Positions 18,984 through 29,103 of a stretch of DNA of 64,000 nucleotides are shown one piece after another. The stretch spans positions 256,001 to 320,000 of the forward strand of contig CAWKKR010000001.1 of the NCBI GenBank assembly GCA_963850305.1. The letters are read 5' to 3'. Each line of letters begins with the position of its first letter. Positions within the stretch are counted from its first letter, which is position 1. Source of the DNA: an uncultured delta proteobacterium. Its GTDB lineage: Bacteria; Myxococcota_A; Polyangia; Polyangiales; Polyangiaceae. The translations under genes and the position numbers were made by a program. The notes below the pieces were generated by a model. The model saw only the letters and a program-made list of their open reading frames with translations. It did not search any database and was not told where the DNA came from.

Positions 18984-21923
18984 TTACTCGAGCAGAGCCA
19001 GCAATTCCGCGCGCGTGACCCCGAAAGCCTGGTTCGCATCACCGAGCGCAACGTCCGAGAGACCGCGCTTTCTCGCCTGGAGCGCGAGGATTCGCTCCTC
19101 GACCGTGTCCTTCGCCACCATCCGATAAACCATGACGGGGCGTTCCTGACCGATCCGGTGCGCACGGTCCGCCGCCTGGTCCTCGACGGCGGGATTCCAC
19201 CAGGGATCCACCAGGAAGACGTGATCGGCGGCGGTGAGGTTCAGACCCGTGCCACCCGCCTTGAGCGATACCAGCATGACCGGAGGTCCATCCAACCCCT
19301 GGAAGGTCACGATCACGCCCTGGCGGTCCCGCGTCGAGCCGTCGAGACGCGTGAAGCGTATGCCTGCACGTTCGAGATGCGGCTCGATCAGGTCGAGCAA
19401 GCTCGTCCACTGCGAGAACACGAGCGCCTTGTGGCCGTCGGCGGCCACCTCCTCGAGTGCGTCGACCAGGCGCTCGACCTTCGAGGACGTTTCGGCATGC
19501 TGACCGGGCACCAGCCTCGGATGGCACGCGGCCTGTCGAAGCCGCAGCAATGCCTCCAGGGCGGCGAGAACGCCGCCACCTTGCGCGAGCTTTTCGGCGA
19601 CCTCCTTCTTCGTCGCGACCCGGACGGCGTCGTAGACGGCACGCTCTGCGTCGTCGAGCTCGACGTGAAGCACGGAGTCCGTACGAGGCGGTAGCTCGGG
19701 GACGACGTCTCTCTTCATGCGCCGCAGCACGAACGGCTTGATCTTCGCGCGCAGACGCCGAGCCGCCTCGGCGTTGCCGTTTCCGATGGGATTCGCATAC
19801 CGCTCCTGGAAATCACTCTTTCTGCCGAGCAGTCCGGGGTTCGCGAAATTCATCACGCTCCAGAGTTCCTCGAGCCGATTTTCCACGGGGGTGCCGCTCA
19901 ACGCCACGCGAAAGGCGCCAGGGATCTCGAACGCCGCCTTCGCCGTCTGACTTCCGGCGTTCTTGATGGCCTGTGCTTCGTCGAGCACGACGATGTCCCA
20001 TGGTTCGCGCGCCAGCCGAGCCGCGTCGAGCCTGAGAACAGCGTAGGTCGTCAGAGTGACGGCCGCGGCGTCATCGAGTTCGCGCGCGGGGCCATGATAG
20101 ATGACGGTGCGCAAGCCGGGTCGGAATCGCGCAATCTCTTCGGCCCAGTTGTATACGACACTCTTCGGACAGACGACGAGCGCGCGCCCCTCGAGCACGC
20201 AGATGGTTTGCAGCGTCTTGCCGAGACCCATGTCGTCCGCCAGCACCGCCCCGAGGCCCGCGCCCCGAAGGAACGCGAGCCAATCCACGCCGTGCACCTG
20301 GTAAGCCCTCAGGTTTGCGTTGACGCCGGAAGGCAACGACGCTCGCGGGATCCCGACGAACCCCTCCAGAAGAGGTGCAAGCTTGGCGATCGCGAACGGC
20401 TTCGGCTCGTTCAGTTCATCGCAGAGGGCCGCGAGCTCGGGAAGAGCGGCGGTCGCCAGATTCTTCTCCGCATCACGCGCCGAGAAAAGATCGACCACTC
20501 GATGCGCGTGGAGTTCGAGCCAGTTCGACGGCAAGGGGGCCCATCCACCGCCCACGAGCGGGACCAGTTCGAGCCCATCGCGAAATGCTTGAAGAACGGC
20601 CGCCGCTTCGGCCCGAGGGGGGTCTCCCACCTGCCCCGGTTCTGGCTCGCACTCGAATATCACGTCGAAGCGACCGTCCTCGAGATCGAGCCTCGGGATG
20701 AGATTGCGTTTCTGGACGAGCGCAGCTCGTCCGTCGTCTCCTCGTCCCTTCTGGAACGCACGCAGCTTCGTCGCAAAACGAGTCGCATCCTGGCCGTCGA
20801 GGTCCACGCGACGCCCGGGCACCAGGTTGAGTTCGTCGCGGAGCTTGGCGAGGATCTCGCGCTCTTCGTCGCGGCGGCGAACCGGCACTTGGTCCCCGAA
20901 CGGAACCACCGAGTCGCCATCCACACGCGCGATGGGAGGATCACCGTAAACGAGGTTCGGCAAGACCGACAGCGTGTGGCCTCGATGGGACAGATCCAGC
21001 TCGATGCGCGGGCGCGCGTCGGCGCTGGCCCGCGGCAGGCGCTTCGTCGCGAGCGTGACCACGACACGATTCTCAAGTTCGGGCAGGACCTTCGTCACGA
21101 GGTCCGCTTCCTCCGGGCCGACGAACGTCCGCGACAGTGGCAGCCGTTCCAGCAGGTGCCCCGTCGTCGCGGTTTCTCCGAGGGGCCGCAGCACGTCTCC
21201 GCACCGCGCGACGCCCATCGCGATGACTTCGGAGATGTCCGGGTGGCGCTCGATCCTCAGACTGAATCCCCCCTTGTCGGCGTCCTCCACGACGGCGCGT
21301 GGGAAAATTGCCTCACCGGAGACCTTCACCGCCGTCCCCTGGAATCGGACCTCGTCATTATTCGACAGCGCGGCGAACAGAGCCGCAACCGCCGAAACGG
21401 GAACGACCTCGCGAGGCGGCACGCCGAGCAGCCGTTCCACGGATAGGTCGTCGTGCGTCGGGGTCAGGCCCGCAGGAAGCCGCCCGCGTGCGAGGTCCGA
21501 CGCCAGGCTCCCCGTGAGACGCTCTTCGCGCTCCCCGTCGTAAACGATGAACCGTGTCAGCGTGAGCACACGCTCCTTCTTCAGCAGCCGGTACCGGATC
21601 TTCGGTGGTTGCGCGCCGGTCGGCGGACGGATGCCGCCGTCCGCCTCGGTCCGCTCCGCGGTTCGGTTGCTCGCGAAAATCGCCGCAGCGGCGACGTGCG
21701 CGCAGGGATCCACCTTCCCGCCACAGTCGCATGACCACTCGTGCTCCTCGACGAACAGAGTGACCGTGGGTGCAATCACGTGGCCGCGCGCGCGGACCCG
21801 CATCGTCATCTCGGACGAGGTCGCGGAGACACGCGTCACGAGCTCCTGGCGGGCTAGCTTAACGCCTTCGGACCAGAGACCGGGCAAGCTCGCCTTTCGA
21901 ATGGTCTCGAGGAGTTCCAGCAT
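18984..21923 (-). CDS. SWIM zinc-finger SNF2-family helicase
   Basis: CDC...[55 protein letters not shown]. Confidence 0.95.
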   Translation of the reverse strand: MLELLETIRKASLPGLWSEGVKLARQELVTRVSATSSEMTMRVRARGHVIAPTVTLFVEEHEWSCDCGGKVDPCAHVAAAAIFASNRTAERTEADGGIRPPTGAQPPKIRYRLLKKERVLTLTRFIVYDGEREERLTGSLASDLARGRLPAGLTPTHDDLSVERLLGVPPREVVPVSAVAALFAALSNNDEVRFQGTAVKVSGEAIFPRAVVEDADKGGFSLRIERHPDISEVIAMGVARCGDVLRPLGETATTGHLLERLPLSRTFVGPEEADLVTKVLPELENRVVVTLATKRLPRASADARPRIELDLSHRGHTLSVLPNLVYGDPPIARVDGDSVVPFGDQVPVRRRDEEREILAKLRDELNLVPGRRVDLDGQDATRFATKLRAFQKGRGDDGRAALVQKRNLIPRLDLEDGRFDVIFECEPEPGQVGDPPRAEAAAVLQAFRDGLELVPLVGGGWAPLPSNWLELHAHRVVDLFSARDAEKNLATAALPELAALCDELNEPKPFAIAKLAPLLEGFVGIPRASLPSGVNANLRAYQVHGVDWLAFLRGAGLGAVLADDMGLGKTLQTICVLEGRALVVCPKSVVYNWAEEIARFRPGLRTVIYHGPARELDDAAAVTLTTYAVLRLDAARLAREPWDIVVLDEAQAIKNAGSQTAKAAFEIPGAFRVALSGTPVENRLEELWSVMNFANPGLLGRKSDFQERYANPIGNGNAEAARRLRAKIKPFVLRRMKRDVVPELPPRTDSVLHVELDDAERAVYDAVRVATKKEVAEKLAQGGGVLAALEALLRLRQAACHPRLVPGQHAETSSKVERLVDALEEVAADGHKALVFSQWTSLLDLIEPHLERAGIRFTRLDGSTRDRQGVIVTFQGLDGPPVMLVSLKAGGTGLNLTAADHVFLVDPWWNPAVEDQAADRAHRIGQERPVMVYRMVAKDTVEERILALQARKRGLSDVALGDANQAFGVTRAELLALLE

Positions 21924-21992
21924 GAAAGTCGAGCGCGTGTCCTAGCGCATCCAAGGTCGATTGGCGACGAGGGAGGCGCCGGACGAAGGGCG

Positions 21993-22355
21993 TCACCGGC
22001 CCGCGGTCTCGGCGCCATCCCGAGGTGCGTAGCGAAGAACCCGCACTTTCTCCATCGTGACGAGCGCCCCGCGAGGGAGCATTTCGTCGAGAATGGGCAG
22101 GAGTTTTTGCACGTGCTCGTCGTCCTCGACGACCTCGATGACCACGGGGAGGTCCCCGGAAAGGTCGACCAGGTGCGCCGTGCGGACGATGCTGCGCGCG
22201 CCGAACCCGGCGACGCCATGCAGCACGGTCGCCCCCGCGAATCCCTCCCGCCGGAGTCGCTCGATGAGGGCCCAATCGAGCGCCTGGTGATGCCACTTGT
22301 CCGCATCACCCACGAAGATGCGTATCAAGGTCCGTTCGCCATCGAGAACTCGCAT
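21993..22355 (-). CDS. DUF190 (PII-like) protein
   Basis: RIFVGDADKWH...AGATVLHGVAGFG...DLPVVIEVV; known partner of crcB. Confidence 0.9.
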   Translation of the reverse strand: MRVLDGERTLIRIFVGDADKWHHQALDWALIERLRREGFAGATVLHGVAGFGARSIVRTAHLVDLSGDLPVVIEVVEDDEHVQKLLPILDEMLPRGALVTMEKVRVLRYAPRDGAETAGR

Positions 22356-22377
22356 GAGAAGCTCCTCTCCAATTTTC

Positions 22378-22761
22378 TCAGACGCCGAGCAGACGCCTCG
22401 CCGCAGCGAAACCGAGAAGCCCCGCCATGAGGCAGGCTCCCGTCGTGACCGTGAAATTGAGAACACCGCTGAGCCACGCCCGCTCCTGCAGAAACCGCGT
22501 CGTCTCGTAGTTGAAGCTCGAATAGGTCGTGAGCCCCCCCATGAACCCCGTGGTCAGTGCAAGCCGGAGGGTCGGCGGGACGAGGCCCGTCGTGAGAGAC
22601 CCTTCCATGACCGCGGCGATCAGGAAACAACCAGTCACGTTGACCGCCAGTGTGCCGTATGGAAAACCCGTCCCCAGCGACCGCGCGGCCCACAGTCCAA
22701 CGAGATAGCGAGTACCCGTCCCGAGCGCACCGGCGAGGCAAATCCAAAACAGCCGACCCAT
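22378..22761 (-). CDS. crcB: Fluoride channel Fluc/CrcB
   Basis: GALGTGTRY, FPYGTLAVNVTGCF, TTGFMGGLTTYSSFNYE. Confidence 0.95.
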   Translation of the reverse strand: MGRLFWICLAGALGTGTRYLVGLWAARSLGTGFPYGTLAVNVTGCFLIAAVMEGSLTTGLVPPTLRLALTTGFMGGLTTYSSFNYETTRFLQERAWLSGVLNFTVTTGACLMAGLLGFAAARRLLGV

Positions 22762-22775
22762 TCGTCACCCTTCCT

Positions 22776-23010
22776 TCAGGCGCTGACTTTGCTGACACGA
22801 CGGACGCTCAGCCAGATCATGAGGACCGCGAACACGGCCAGTGCGGCGAGGTGAGGGACCATCTCGATCGGGCCGGCATCGCGCAACACGATCCCTCGCA
22901 TGATCGCGACCATGTGGGTAGTCGGAAGCAACTGGCCGATGACCTGGAAAATGATGGGCATTCCGCTCAAGGGGAACAGGTACCCGGAAAGGATGCGCGC
23001 CGGAGTGTGT
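22776..23010 (-). pseudogene. 3' remnant of an ABC-2 type permease
   Basis: ILSGYLFPLSGMP...LLPTTHMVAIMRGIVLRDAG is a permease C-terminus; the 5' part is absent and the frame is broken upstream. Confidence 0.75.
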
Positions 23011-23045
23011 AGACCCGGTGAAGGGCAGCGGACCTGACACGTGAG

Positions 23046-23325
23046 TCACCTCGGGTTGGCTGTCGAGTGAGGGGACGACGCACAGTCCTCGGCGTCTTCG
23101 CGGCCGGAGGTGGGCCAGAGCTCGGCGAGGATCTCCGCCCAATCCGGCTCGGTCCCGGAGTCCATCGCAGCAACGAACAGCGCCTGTTTCGTCGGAAAGC
23201 GTCGAAACACCGTCGCTTCCCCGACGCCGCAGCGCACCGCCACTTCCTCGACCGTCGCGGTTCAGGAAGACCGCGCGGGCAGCGGCATGCACCTCTTCAT
23301 CCGTAATGCTCCGAGGGCGTGCCAT
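23046..23325 (-). pseudogene. Truncated, frameshifted TetR-family regulator
   Basis: MARPRSITDEEVHAAARAVFL, then after a frame break near 23260 ATVEEVAVRCGVGEATVFRRFPTKQALF; no complete C-terminal domain. Confidence 0.75.
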
Positions 23326-23536
23326 TACGGAGCAGTTACGTAGTCTTTGGCGAGGTCAACGTGATTTGACGAGCCCAAACCGGTTCGTCAGAAGGCGAAA
23401 ATTCGCTTGGGCTTGATTTCGACCTGCGGGAACGCGCGTCGCATCGCGATTGAGCGAAAAGGGTGAATAATCGCCGACCGTTCCGCTGAAACTAGGATAC
23501 TCAATCGGAGCGCGCGTCCGGACGCGCGCAGAAGTA

Positions 23537-24700
23537 GTGAACCCGATGAGATACTCGATCGCCGTTACGCTTCTCGGAGCATCCGCTCTATCCCTGATCG
23601 GCTGCGGGAGCACCTCACGAACGGGTGTAGGCACCGCGGCAAACACCGAGGACTCGGGAACGAATCCTTGCGGCATTCATTCGGCCTACGAGGGCGACGA
23701 CCTTTGCATCCTCCCCCCGGACCCCGAAGCAGGCATCCAGCTCCATGTCGGTCCCACGAATTACGACGATCCGGACGACGTCGCGCCTTACCTGCTCGCG
23801 CCGAGCACGGAGAATGTCCTCTGCTACCGCACCCCGATTTCACAATCGGGCTTCTATTATCTGAAACAGCAAAACCGGATGCGCCCGAGCTCCCATCACA
23901 TGCTGATCTTCGTCGACGGCGCGAGCGCCCAGGACGCGGGTACAGGCGCCCAGGACGGGGTGCTGGTGCCGGATGGATGTGACGTCGCGACGTCGGTAGG
24001 TTCGATACCCGGTTCGCAGACCACGTCACGGGACTTCCCGAACCAGCTTGGGCCCGAGGATCAGGGGCTCGGCCGGTACCTGCCGCAATCGACGACTGCC
24101 GATTTTCAGTTGCACTACATCAACACGACCACGGAGCCCGTGCTCCGCGAAGCCTGGGTGAACCTCTATCGGGAAGATGCGAGCGCCGTCACGCAGCACC
24201 TGCAGAGCATCTTCATGGTCGGCGACCTCACGGTCGACATTCCCGCGCATACGGAAGCCACGACGACACTGGATGTAGCTCCGACGCTTGCTTCCGCGAC
24301 GCGCGTCTTCGAGCTCAACGCCCACATGCATGCGCACTCGCAGAGCATGACCGTCTGGCTCGAGCACGCCGGCGCCGAACAGATCATCTATCAGTCGTTC
24401 AACTGGGAGGACCCTTACGAGAACACGTTCAACACGGTCGTGACGAATCCGACTCCCGATCCGAAATCGAACCGGGATGGCGGCATTTCCGGGCTTCTCT
24501 ACCTGCAGCCCGGGGATTCGCTTCGCTGGGCGTGCGACGTGAACAATACCCTCGATACGACGATCCACTTCGCGAACGACGCGCTCACCGCGGAGATGTG
24601 CATGATCATCGGGTCGTACATTTCACCGACACCAGGATTGCTGGCGGGGTTCTGCGCGAACGGAGCCTGTCAGACGGGCCTCGGCGCGCAGTCAAAATAG
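23537..24700 (+). CDS. Lipoprotein with copper type II ascorbate-dependent monooxygenase (PHM/DBH-like) motifs
   Basis: Lipobox LIGC; SHHMLIF, QLHYIN, AHMHAH, AEMC. Confidence 0.7.
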   Translation: MNPMRYSIAVTLLGASALSLIGCGSTSRTGVGTAANTEDSGTNPCGIHSAYEGDDLCILPPDPEAGIQLHVGPTNYDDPDDVAPYLLAPSTENVLCYRTPISQSGFYYLKQQNRMRPSSHHMLIFVDGASAQDAGTGAQDGVLVPDGCDVATSVGSIPGSQTTSRDFPNQLGPEDQGLGRYLPQSTTADFQLHYINTTTEPVLREAWVNLYREDASAVTQHLQSIFMVGDLTVDIPAHTEATTTLDVAPTLASATRVFELNAHMHAHSQSMTVWLEHAGAEQIIYQSFNWEDPYENTFNTVVTNPTPDPKSNRDGGISGLLYLQPGDSLRWACDVNNTLDTTIHFANDALTAEMCMIIGSYISPTPGLLAGFCANGACQTGLGAQSK

Positions 24701-24762
24701 CGGCTCGGGGATTTCTCGGACCCGGACCAAAAAAGTAGTGCTACGGTCCGCGCCCGTAAAAG

Positions 24763-25284
24763 ATGCGCTACTTCGTTCGGATCGAAGAAACGGAACACGT
24801 GGTGGACGTCGCCGAGCTCCCCGGCGGCGGTCTCGACGTTCGACTCCTGCCGGCTGCGGGTGACGGCCCGGGCTCGCCACTCGACGTTCGCGTGAGCGGA
24901 CCGGGCGGCCCGCTCACCGTCAACATCGGTGGTCGAGTGTTCGACCTCGTCGTGGACGGCGCGGCGCCGACATTGTCCATATTCGCCAGCGGCCGCCGAG
25001 CATCGGTCAACGTGGAGAGCGCGCGCCAGCGCGCGACCGCCAGCGTCCGCTCCGGCGGCAAGGCCGGACGCTCGGGCCTCGTGTTGTCTCCCATGCCGGG
25101 CAAGGTCGTGAAGGTTCTCGTGAAAGAAGGGGACGAGGTCGACGCCGGACGTCCGCTCGTCGTCGTCGAAGCCATGAAGATGGAGAACGAGCTCGTCGCG
25201 GAATCTGCCGGCACCGTGAAGAAGGTCTACGTGCAGCCCGGCGACGCCGTCGAAGGCGGCGCAAAGCTGATCTCCATCGGTTGA
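24763..25284 (+). CDS. Biotin carboxyl carrier protein of an acyl-CoA carboxylase
   Basis: SPMPGKVV...VEAMKMENE biotinyl motif. Confidence 0.92.
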   Translation: MRYFVRIEETEHVVDVAELPGGGLDVRLLPAAGDGPGSPLDVRVSGPGGPLTVNIGGRVFDLVVDGAAPTLSIFASGRRASVNVESARQRATASVRSGGKAGRSGLVLSPMPGKVVKVLVKEGDEVDAGRPLVVVEAMKMENELVAESAGTVKKVYVQPGDAVEGGAKLISIG

Positions 25285-25285
25285 G

Positions 25286-27514
25286 TCAGCGCATCGCGGG
25301 AATCGTCCTGATGCGCCTGCGGTAAGCCTTGAACCGGGCAACCAGCGCATCGAGTCGCGGATCGTGGGCGAGATCGTGCATTTCCTTCGGGTCGCGTTCG
25401 AGATCGTAGAAGCCGAGGAGGCGTCCGTTCGTGGCTGTGAGCTTCAGCCATCCGTCGATGAACGCTTGTCGCTCGTCGTTGTAGGGGCCCGCGCTCATGT
25501 CGACGAGCACCGGTCTCGGGATCGGTGCGACGTCCGGGTCGACGATGTCCGGCAGGAGAGAAACCCCCGAAACGAAATCCGCACCAACACCAGAAGGCGG
25601 CGACTGTCGGAAGAGGTCGAGGATCGTGGGGACGAGATCCACGGCGCTCCTCGGTGTTGCGACCCGATGTCCTGGGACTCCCGGGACGTAAATCACCAGA
25701 GGGACGTGGATGAGCTCTTCCCAGAGCTCGTGGCCGTGACGAATGAGGCCATGTTCGCCGAATGCTTCTCCGTGGTCGCTCGTGATGACGATGGCGGTGC
25801 GATCGCGAAAGGGCGCTTTCGAGACGAAGTCGAACAGGCGCCCGAGCTGATGATCGACGAACGCGATTTCGCCGTCGTAAAGATCGCGGCTCTTCGAACC
25901 AAAGTCGAAGTCACGATGCGGCATGTACTCCGCGTGCGGATCCAGGTAGTGCATCCAGAAATAGAAAGGTCGCCCCACGTTCTCCGGCCTTTCCAGCAGA
26001 CGGATCGCCGCATCCGTCAGCTTGTCGCCATTGATGGTGCGATCCCCTTCCATTTGCGGGACCCGCGGCTCAGCCGAGTAATCCGCATCGTCGAAGCCGC
26101 GTCCGAGCCCCGTGGCGGGCTCGAAGTACCAGTGGCCCTGGGCGGTCAGGGTGCGAATCCCCGACCGTTGCAGACGTTGTTGAACGAACGTCTCGTCCTT
26201 CGCAAACCGATCGAAATGGTCGAAGGTGCGATGGGTCTCGCTCGGGTACTTCCCGAGCAGAAGCGGACCCATGCTTTTGCCCGTATACGACGCGAGCGAG
26301 TACGCTCGTTCGAACACGGTGCTGCGACGGGCAAGCGCGTCGATGTTCGGCGAGACGGGACGTGGGTTGCCCGCAAACCCGAGATCGGCGCGCACGGTGT
26401 CGATCGTCACGAGGATCAGGTCGAGACCGTGCGGGAAATGTTCCGCCACCCAATCCGAACGCGTCGCGGGCGCGGCCTTCCGCTCCACGGCGACGGCCAC
26501 GTCGTCCGCACCGGAGCAGTCTTCGTCGATGCCGTTTCCCGGTACGTCGTCGGCACCGGGATGAATCGCCGCGTCGCGATCGTTGCAATCGCCGCCGCCG
26601 AAGAACGGGCTCGCGCCGTCGTGGTCACGATCCGTGACCTTGCGTAGCATCGCGAGGGGGATGGCCGCGAATGGCGCGCCGCGTTCGATCGGTAGAGCCA
26701 CGGCGCGGTCGTCGAGCCCTCGACGGGCGGCTCGGACCGTGAATAGCAGCGGGGTCAACGCCGCGAACGCCAGCAAGCTCCGAAAGCGGACGGTGACGGC
26801 CGCCCCGATCCCCGCCCCGGCCACGAGAACCAGCCCCAGAGCGACACCGCGAAGATCCAGCTCGTCGCGCTTCAGCACGCCGAGGATCCCGAAGAAGCCA
26901 CCGTCGCCGTTCGTCGTCCCGAGGGCGACGCCGAGCGACAGGGCGCCGGCGGCGGCGAGGATCGCCACGACTGCCACCAGGAGCAACATGCGGTCTGCTC
27001 TCTGTGCCACGAGCGCCGTCATCGAGTTCACCGCCGACACGGCCGTCCCCACAATCGCCAGGGTCGCGAACGCGAGCACGGCACCGGCGAATCGCGCGGG
27101 AAGCGCCGCAACGAAAGTTTGGCGCGCGACGTGCGCCACGGCGACGACGGCGAGGAGCGCGGACCACATCACGGCTGCGAGCGTCGCGAAGAGGCGAGCC
27201 CGCGCCTTGGGCTCCCCGAGCGAGACGCGCAGGTCTGCGGGGGATGGCAGGCCGCGCGGAAACGAAAACGAGAACACCGCCCCCATGCCGGCTCCGACGA
27301 GCAATGCGAACGGCGCCACGAGCCCTTCTTCCGCAGTGACGATGGCAAGCCGCGACGTGCTCGGGGAGGCGCCGAGACTCGCATAGTGCCCGTCGAGCAC
27401 CGCGACGATCAACGATGCGGCTGCCGCACCTGCGAGAGCCCCGCAGAAGACCGGGCGCGAAGTCGGCGCGTCCGCTCCTCCTCGGCTCGCGGCGTCAGGA
27501 CCTCCGTCGTGCAT
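25286..27514 (-). CDS. Membrane-anchored sulfatase/LTA-synthase-like protein with a MopE-type Cys motif
   Basis: N-terminal TM region, GGDCNDRD...NGIDEDCSG, TIDTVRAD, HYLDPH, YDGEI, TSDHGE. Confidence 0.8.
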   Translation of the reverse strand: MHDGGPDAASRGGADAPTSRPVFCGALAGAAAASLIVAVLDGHYASLGASPSTSRLAIVTAEEGLVAPFALLVGAGMGAVFSFSFPRGLPSPADLRVSLGEPKARARLFATLAAVMWSALLAVVAVAHVARQTFVAALPARFAGAVLAFATLAIVGTAVSAVNSMTALVAQRADRMLLLVAVVAILAAAGALSLGVALGTTNGDGGFFGILGVLKRDELDLRGVALGLVLVAGAGIGAAVTVRFRSLLAFAALTPLLFTVRAARRGLDDRAVALPIERGAPFAAIPLAMLRKVTDRDHDGASPFFGGGDCNDRDAAIHPGADDVPGNGIDEDCSGADDVAVAVERKAAPATRSDWVAEHFPHGLDLILVTIDTVRADLGFAGNPRPVSPNIDALARRSTVFERAYSLASYTGKSMGPLLLGKYPSETHRTFDHFDRFAKDETFVQQRLQRSGIRTLTAQGHWYFEPATGLGRGFDDADYSAEPRVPQMEGDRTINGDKLTDAAIRLLERPENVGRPFYFWMHYLDPHAEYMPHRDFDFGSKSRDLYDGEIAFVDHQLGRLFDFVSKAPFRDRTAIVITSDHGEAFGEHGLIRHGHELWEELIHVPLVIYVPGVPGHRVATPRSAVDLVPTILDLFRQSPPSGVGADFVSGVSLLPDIVDPDVAPIPRPVLVDMSAGPYNDERQAFIDGWLKLTATNGRLLGFYDLERDPKEMHDLAHDPRLDALVARFKAYRRRIRTIPAMR

Positions 27515-28460
27515 CGTCGTGGGCAGCGTGCGCGAGCGGGTGGCTACTGTCGTAGACGGCGAGCAGCCCTTCGAGGGACACGTGGGTGTAGCGCTGCGTC
27601 GTCGACAGACTGGTGTGCCCGAGCATCTCCTGGATCGCCCGGAGATCGGCGCCGCCTTCGAGCATGTGGGTCGCGCAGGAATGACGAAGCGCGTGCGGGT
27701 GGAGGTCCGGGCGCCCCACGAGCGCGCCGTACCGATGCACGAGCTTCTGGAGCCAGCGCACGCTCACGCGACGCCCGAGCCTCCCGACGAACAGCGCTTG
27801 GCCGTCGATTGCCTTCGTTCGTGGGTGCGAAAGCTCCGCGCGATGCTCGAGGTACACGGCGACGGCGTCTCTGGCCTTGGAGCCAAGAGGGACGACCCGT
27901 TCCTTCCGCCCCTTGCCGAGCACGCGAACACTCTCGTCTCCGAACGATACGGCGCAGATGTCGAGCGCGACGAGCTCGCTCACCCGAAGACCGCATCCAT
28001 ACAAGAGCTCCAGCATGGCGACGTCGCGGAGCCGGTCCGGGGTCGTACCCAGATCTGGCGACGACGGCGCCTCCATCACTTGACCTGCAGTCTCGGCATT
28101 CAGGAATGCCGGCATCCGCCGCCTGACGCGCGGCGTCCCAACGAGATCCGTGGGACTCTCCGCGAGCCTCCCATTTCGAACCAGATCCCGAAAGAAAGCG
28201 CGCGTGGCGGCGAGTTTCCTTGCGACGCTTGCCGCGGAGCGGTCCTTCGCGAGATCGCCGAGCCAGCCGCGAATGACGAGCTTGGTGACGTCTTTCGGAG
28301 TCGCCGTACCTGACGTGACGCCTCGTGTGAATTCAGCCAGCTGACCGAGATCCCGCAAGTAAGCCTCGACAGTTCGCGGGGATGCACGTCGCTCGAGGAG
28401 CAGGTAGTCGCCGAACTCGGCCACGGCGCGCCCGAGATCGTCCGGTCCTTTCGAGTCCAT
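27495..28460 (-). CDS. xerC: Tyrosine recombinase XerC
   Basis: ELLYGCGLRVSEL, VLGKGRKER, HPHALRHSCATHMLEGGADLRAIQEMLGH, TTQRYTH; start ATG 28460. Confidence 0.9.
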   Translation of the reverse strand: MDSKGPDDLGRAVAEFGDYLLLERRASPRTVEAYLRDLGQLAEFTRGVTSGTATPKDVTKLVIRGWLGDLAKDRSAASVARKLAATRAFFRDLVRNGRLAESPTDLVGTPRVRRRMPAFLNAETAGQVMEAPSSPDLGTTPDRLRDVAMLELLYGCGLRVSELVALDICAVSFGDESVRVLGKGRKERVVPLGSKARDAVAVYLEHRAELSHPRTKAIDGQALFVGRLGRRVSVRWLQKLVHRYGALVGRPDLHPHALRHSCATHMLEGGADLRAIQEMLGHTSLSTTQRYTHVSLEGLLAVYDSSHPLAHAAHDDARRRS

Positions 28461-28470
28461 GAGGTCAGCT

Positions 28471-29103
28471 TTACGCCCGGTAGACCGCCCAGGTAAAGCA
28501 AGCGACGCCCGCGAGGGCCACCAACCCCGAAACCGCGAGTCCACGCAGGGAGATGCGACCGGTCCGGGACACCCCCCGAGTCGCAGCCAGACCGAGACCG
28601 CAGGCAAAGAGAGCAAAGCCCGCGGCCATCGCCAAAACCCAGGGCGCGCGGGGCGCCTCGTCTCTAGCAAGCAATCCTGCCGCACGCGAGCGGGCCGCTC
28701 CGTCACCACCAGTTACCGAGAGGCGCGCGAGGTTCGCGTTCGCTCGACCCAGATCGTCCGCACGCGGGGTGTCGAAGTGGCGTGTCTCCAGGGCGGCGGC
28801 GCGCACGGCACCCCACGCCTGGCGCGCGAGGGCGACGTTGCCCGTCGCCTCGGCGCCTTCGGCGATTGCCTCGAGCCGGGCATAAGCCAAGAGGACGTGA
28901 GGGGCTCCCGGCGCGTACAGAACCGCGGCGCGACGCGCGTAGAGGATCGACTCTCGCAGATCGCCCCTGTCGAAGGCCGCGTTGCTCTTGTCGAGCGTCG
29001 CTTCTCCTTCGGCGATGACGTGGGCGGTGAGTGCAGCAAGGGTCAACACGCCGAGCAACAGGCCGAAGGCGGCGCGACGTAACCAGATCCCCGCTGGGCT
29101 CAT
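28471..29103 (-). CDS. Hypothetical membrane protein
   Basis: One N-terminal and two C-terminal hydrophobic helices; ATGA-coupled to the upstream permease. Confidence 0.7.
   Translation of the reverse strand: MSPAGIWLRRAAFGLLLGVLTLAALTAHVIAEGEATLDKSNAAFDRGDLRESILYARRAAVLYAPGAPHVLLAYARLEAIAEGAEATGNVALARQAWGAVRAAALETRHFDTPRADDLGRANANLARLSVTGGDGAARSRAAGLLARDEAPRAPWVLAMAAGFALFACGLGLAATRGVSRTGRISLRGLAVSGLVALAGVACFTWAVYRA

Noticed and set aside
18984..21923. SNF2 helicase as part of an anti-phage system
   Set aside because: Stand-alone SWIM-SNF2 with no neighbouring nuclease, methylase or other defence gene.
23339..23350. 12-mer CGTAGTCTTTGG shared, inverted, with 56735-56746
   Set aside because: Isolated 12-mer matches are expected by chance in 64 kb, and there is no further similarity.
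27495..28460. Tyrosine recombinase as a phage or island integrase
   Set aside because: XerC-type sequence in a housekeeping operon, with no att site, tRNA or phage genes.
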